The notes under the pieces were generated by a model. That model was not told the DNA's origin, did not search any database, and was given only the letters and a program-made list of their open reading frames with translations. 64,000 bases of DNA from Dipteris shenzhenensis. Its lineage: Eukaryota. The stretch's first letter is position 1. Each line of letters opens with the position of its first letter. Where the stretch lies: NCBI GenBank assembly GCA_047967505.1, contig CM106538.1; one strand, 5' to 3'. A program made the position numbers and the translations under genes. Positions 62,236 through 64,000 of the stretch are shown piece after piece.

Positions 62236-64000
62236 TGTGCTCTCCCTTTATATGTAGTCGCTCTTGATGAATTTATTTTATGGTGGCCAAACTCATGTTT
62301 GCACTTGTGGCCATCTCAACCGATTTGGAGTCCAATAGTGGGAAAGAATGTGTGCTCACATCCCATAGTGGTTAAATAACCTTAACAACCATTATAATCG
62401 GGAGCATGTGTACGTTAGTTGCCAACATTGGGTATTCTAGGGTGTTCCAGTGTAACTCCTCCGTAGTAAGGAGCCATAGATCAAGATAAGACACAATGGT
62501 GTTCTTTATTCTACGGTGCATTACCAAAATGGTGTCCAAGATAAGACCATTGACACGTGATATATTAAGGAAGTCAAATTTTGCTGCGTGGTATCGAATC
62601 TACTGTGAAGTCTACATGACACAGGATATCTGTTGGACGTAGTTGATGGCAGCTGACGGGGATGAATGAAGGTGAATGTTGACTTCGGTCAGGCAAACAG
62701 GATGGAACGCAGCTCGAGTAACTTGTAGCTCCGACGGTGACGATTCTTTATCTGTCGCACAGAAACGTGGAGGGAATGCAGGATAAATTTTCTTGCGAGA
62801 TAAGTTTGAAAGAACTTTAACTTAGGAATGGGCTTGACATTGGAATTTGCTGTGACGAATTGCTTGGCTTTTAGGCTGGCTGCTGGAGACTGTTCAACGA
62901 AAGAGAACGCCTAAAATTTTCACAACAGCGGCTGTCGCTTTTGGATGGGATGGCTACCTAATGATGTTGAAATCACTGCTGATCGGCACCACAAGAAACG
63001 TAGAATGGCAGTGAGATAGACGGAAATAATTCCGAACTGATTACGTCGGCATGTTGTCATCAACAGGATATCAACGAATGAGACTTTTTAGAGCAAAGTG
63101 TCCTATCGCAGACACCCATAACCGTAGAAGCTTTTGTAATGTTCAAACAAGGACTGCTTTGGCGATGGCCGTGGTTGCTGACGAGGATTGCTTTGTGTGA
63201 TGAGATTAATCTGGAGTTGGCGATTGTTCACGTCGAAAAGGATGGCTGATGGTGATTCTTGTTGACGGAGGTTTGAACGGTACATTCGTCTGTGTCATGA
63301 GTTCCGTAAGCAGACGCAAGCAAAAACATTATCACGGGTTATCCAGACACAAGCAAAAACTGTGCCACGTAGAAAGAGACCAGATTGAAATATTTCTAAG
63401 GGAAATTTTCATAATGATTGCATTTACCGAGAAAACCTGTTTTAACCCTTCCTTCCAAGGAGGGCTCGAGGAAAAACCAACCTCCCTTGTTGACACAATT
63501 TTTTACGGAGACAACTTCCTGGAGACTCCTATGGGTGAACTAAAAAACAACTTCTACCTGGTTTTTCACTGCCACTCTGATTTGCAATCAAGCCTTGATG
63601 ACACACGAATAGGCACTAACTCGCCTCCTAGGATAGATCGTTTTCTCCAATCTAGACCATGGCCTCAAGACACCAAGAACCAAAATGGATTCTTTGGGGT
63701 TGGAAAGCATGGAATGATGAGGTGTCGCCTTATCTCATCTCCTAAACAAATGAAATGATGCCATGTGTCCTCTCCCAACCTAAGCCATTCCTAGTTCTTT
63801 TGACTTTTAGAACACGGTGGGATGAGAATAGGATAGAAATGCTTTTAACGGTGGATAAGACCAATCTTTCCCATTCCCATTCTATTTAATGCTCACATGT
63901 GCCGAAACACCCTTTAGACTTACGTCATAGGAGGAAAGAATGGATTCTTTCCCTTCATGGCCTTCAAAGGCTTGGGGAGGCTTATGCCTCCTCCAAATCA

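Noticed and set aside
63030-63300. Possible upstream response-regulator exons (VDDN, QINLIT on the minus strand)
   Set aside because: The matches are only 4-6 residues and do not extend into receiver-domain motifs.
63249-63758. 169-aa ORF
   Set aside because: No recognisable motif or splice support, so it cannot be called a gene.

Overview
This is eukaryotic land-plant DNA (GT-AG introns, AUX1/LAX and type-A response-regulator homology, Met-i PBS, heavy CpG decay). It forms a nested transposon island between two damaged hormone-pathway gene pieces. Left to right: (1) the 5' part of a frameshifted AUX1/LAX-like gene; (2) two full-length, tail-to-tail CACTA/EnSpm-type elements with CACAA termini and divergently arranged TnpA-like and TnpD-like genes; (3) a ~23.5 kb TIR-bounded, TTAA-flanked Sola-like DDD transposon carrying a gene with three tandem Ulp1/C48 protease domains and a ~9 kb satellite (182-bp monomer, ~545-bp trimeric higher-order repeat); (4) a copia fragment, a hairpin-unit tandem array, a 2.2 kb non-autonomous LTR element with TSD, BAH-like ORFs and a truncated third CACTA copy; (5) a type-A response-regulator pseudo-exon and a Mutator-like foldback MITE with a 126-bp near-perfect palindrome. 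Diverged inverted repeats near both ends may bracket most of the island. The giant Sola-like element is the best candidate for an undescribed system. All family assignments come from motif recognition by eye, not database searches.
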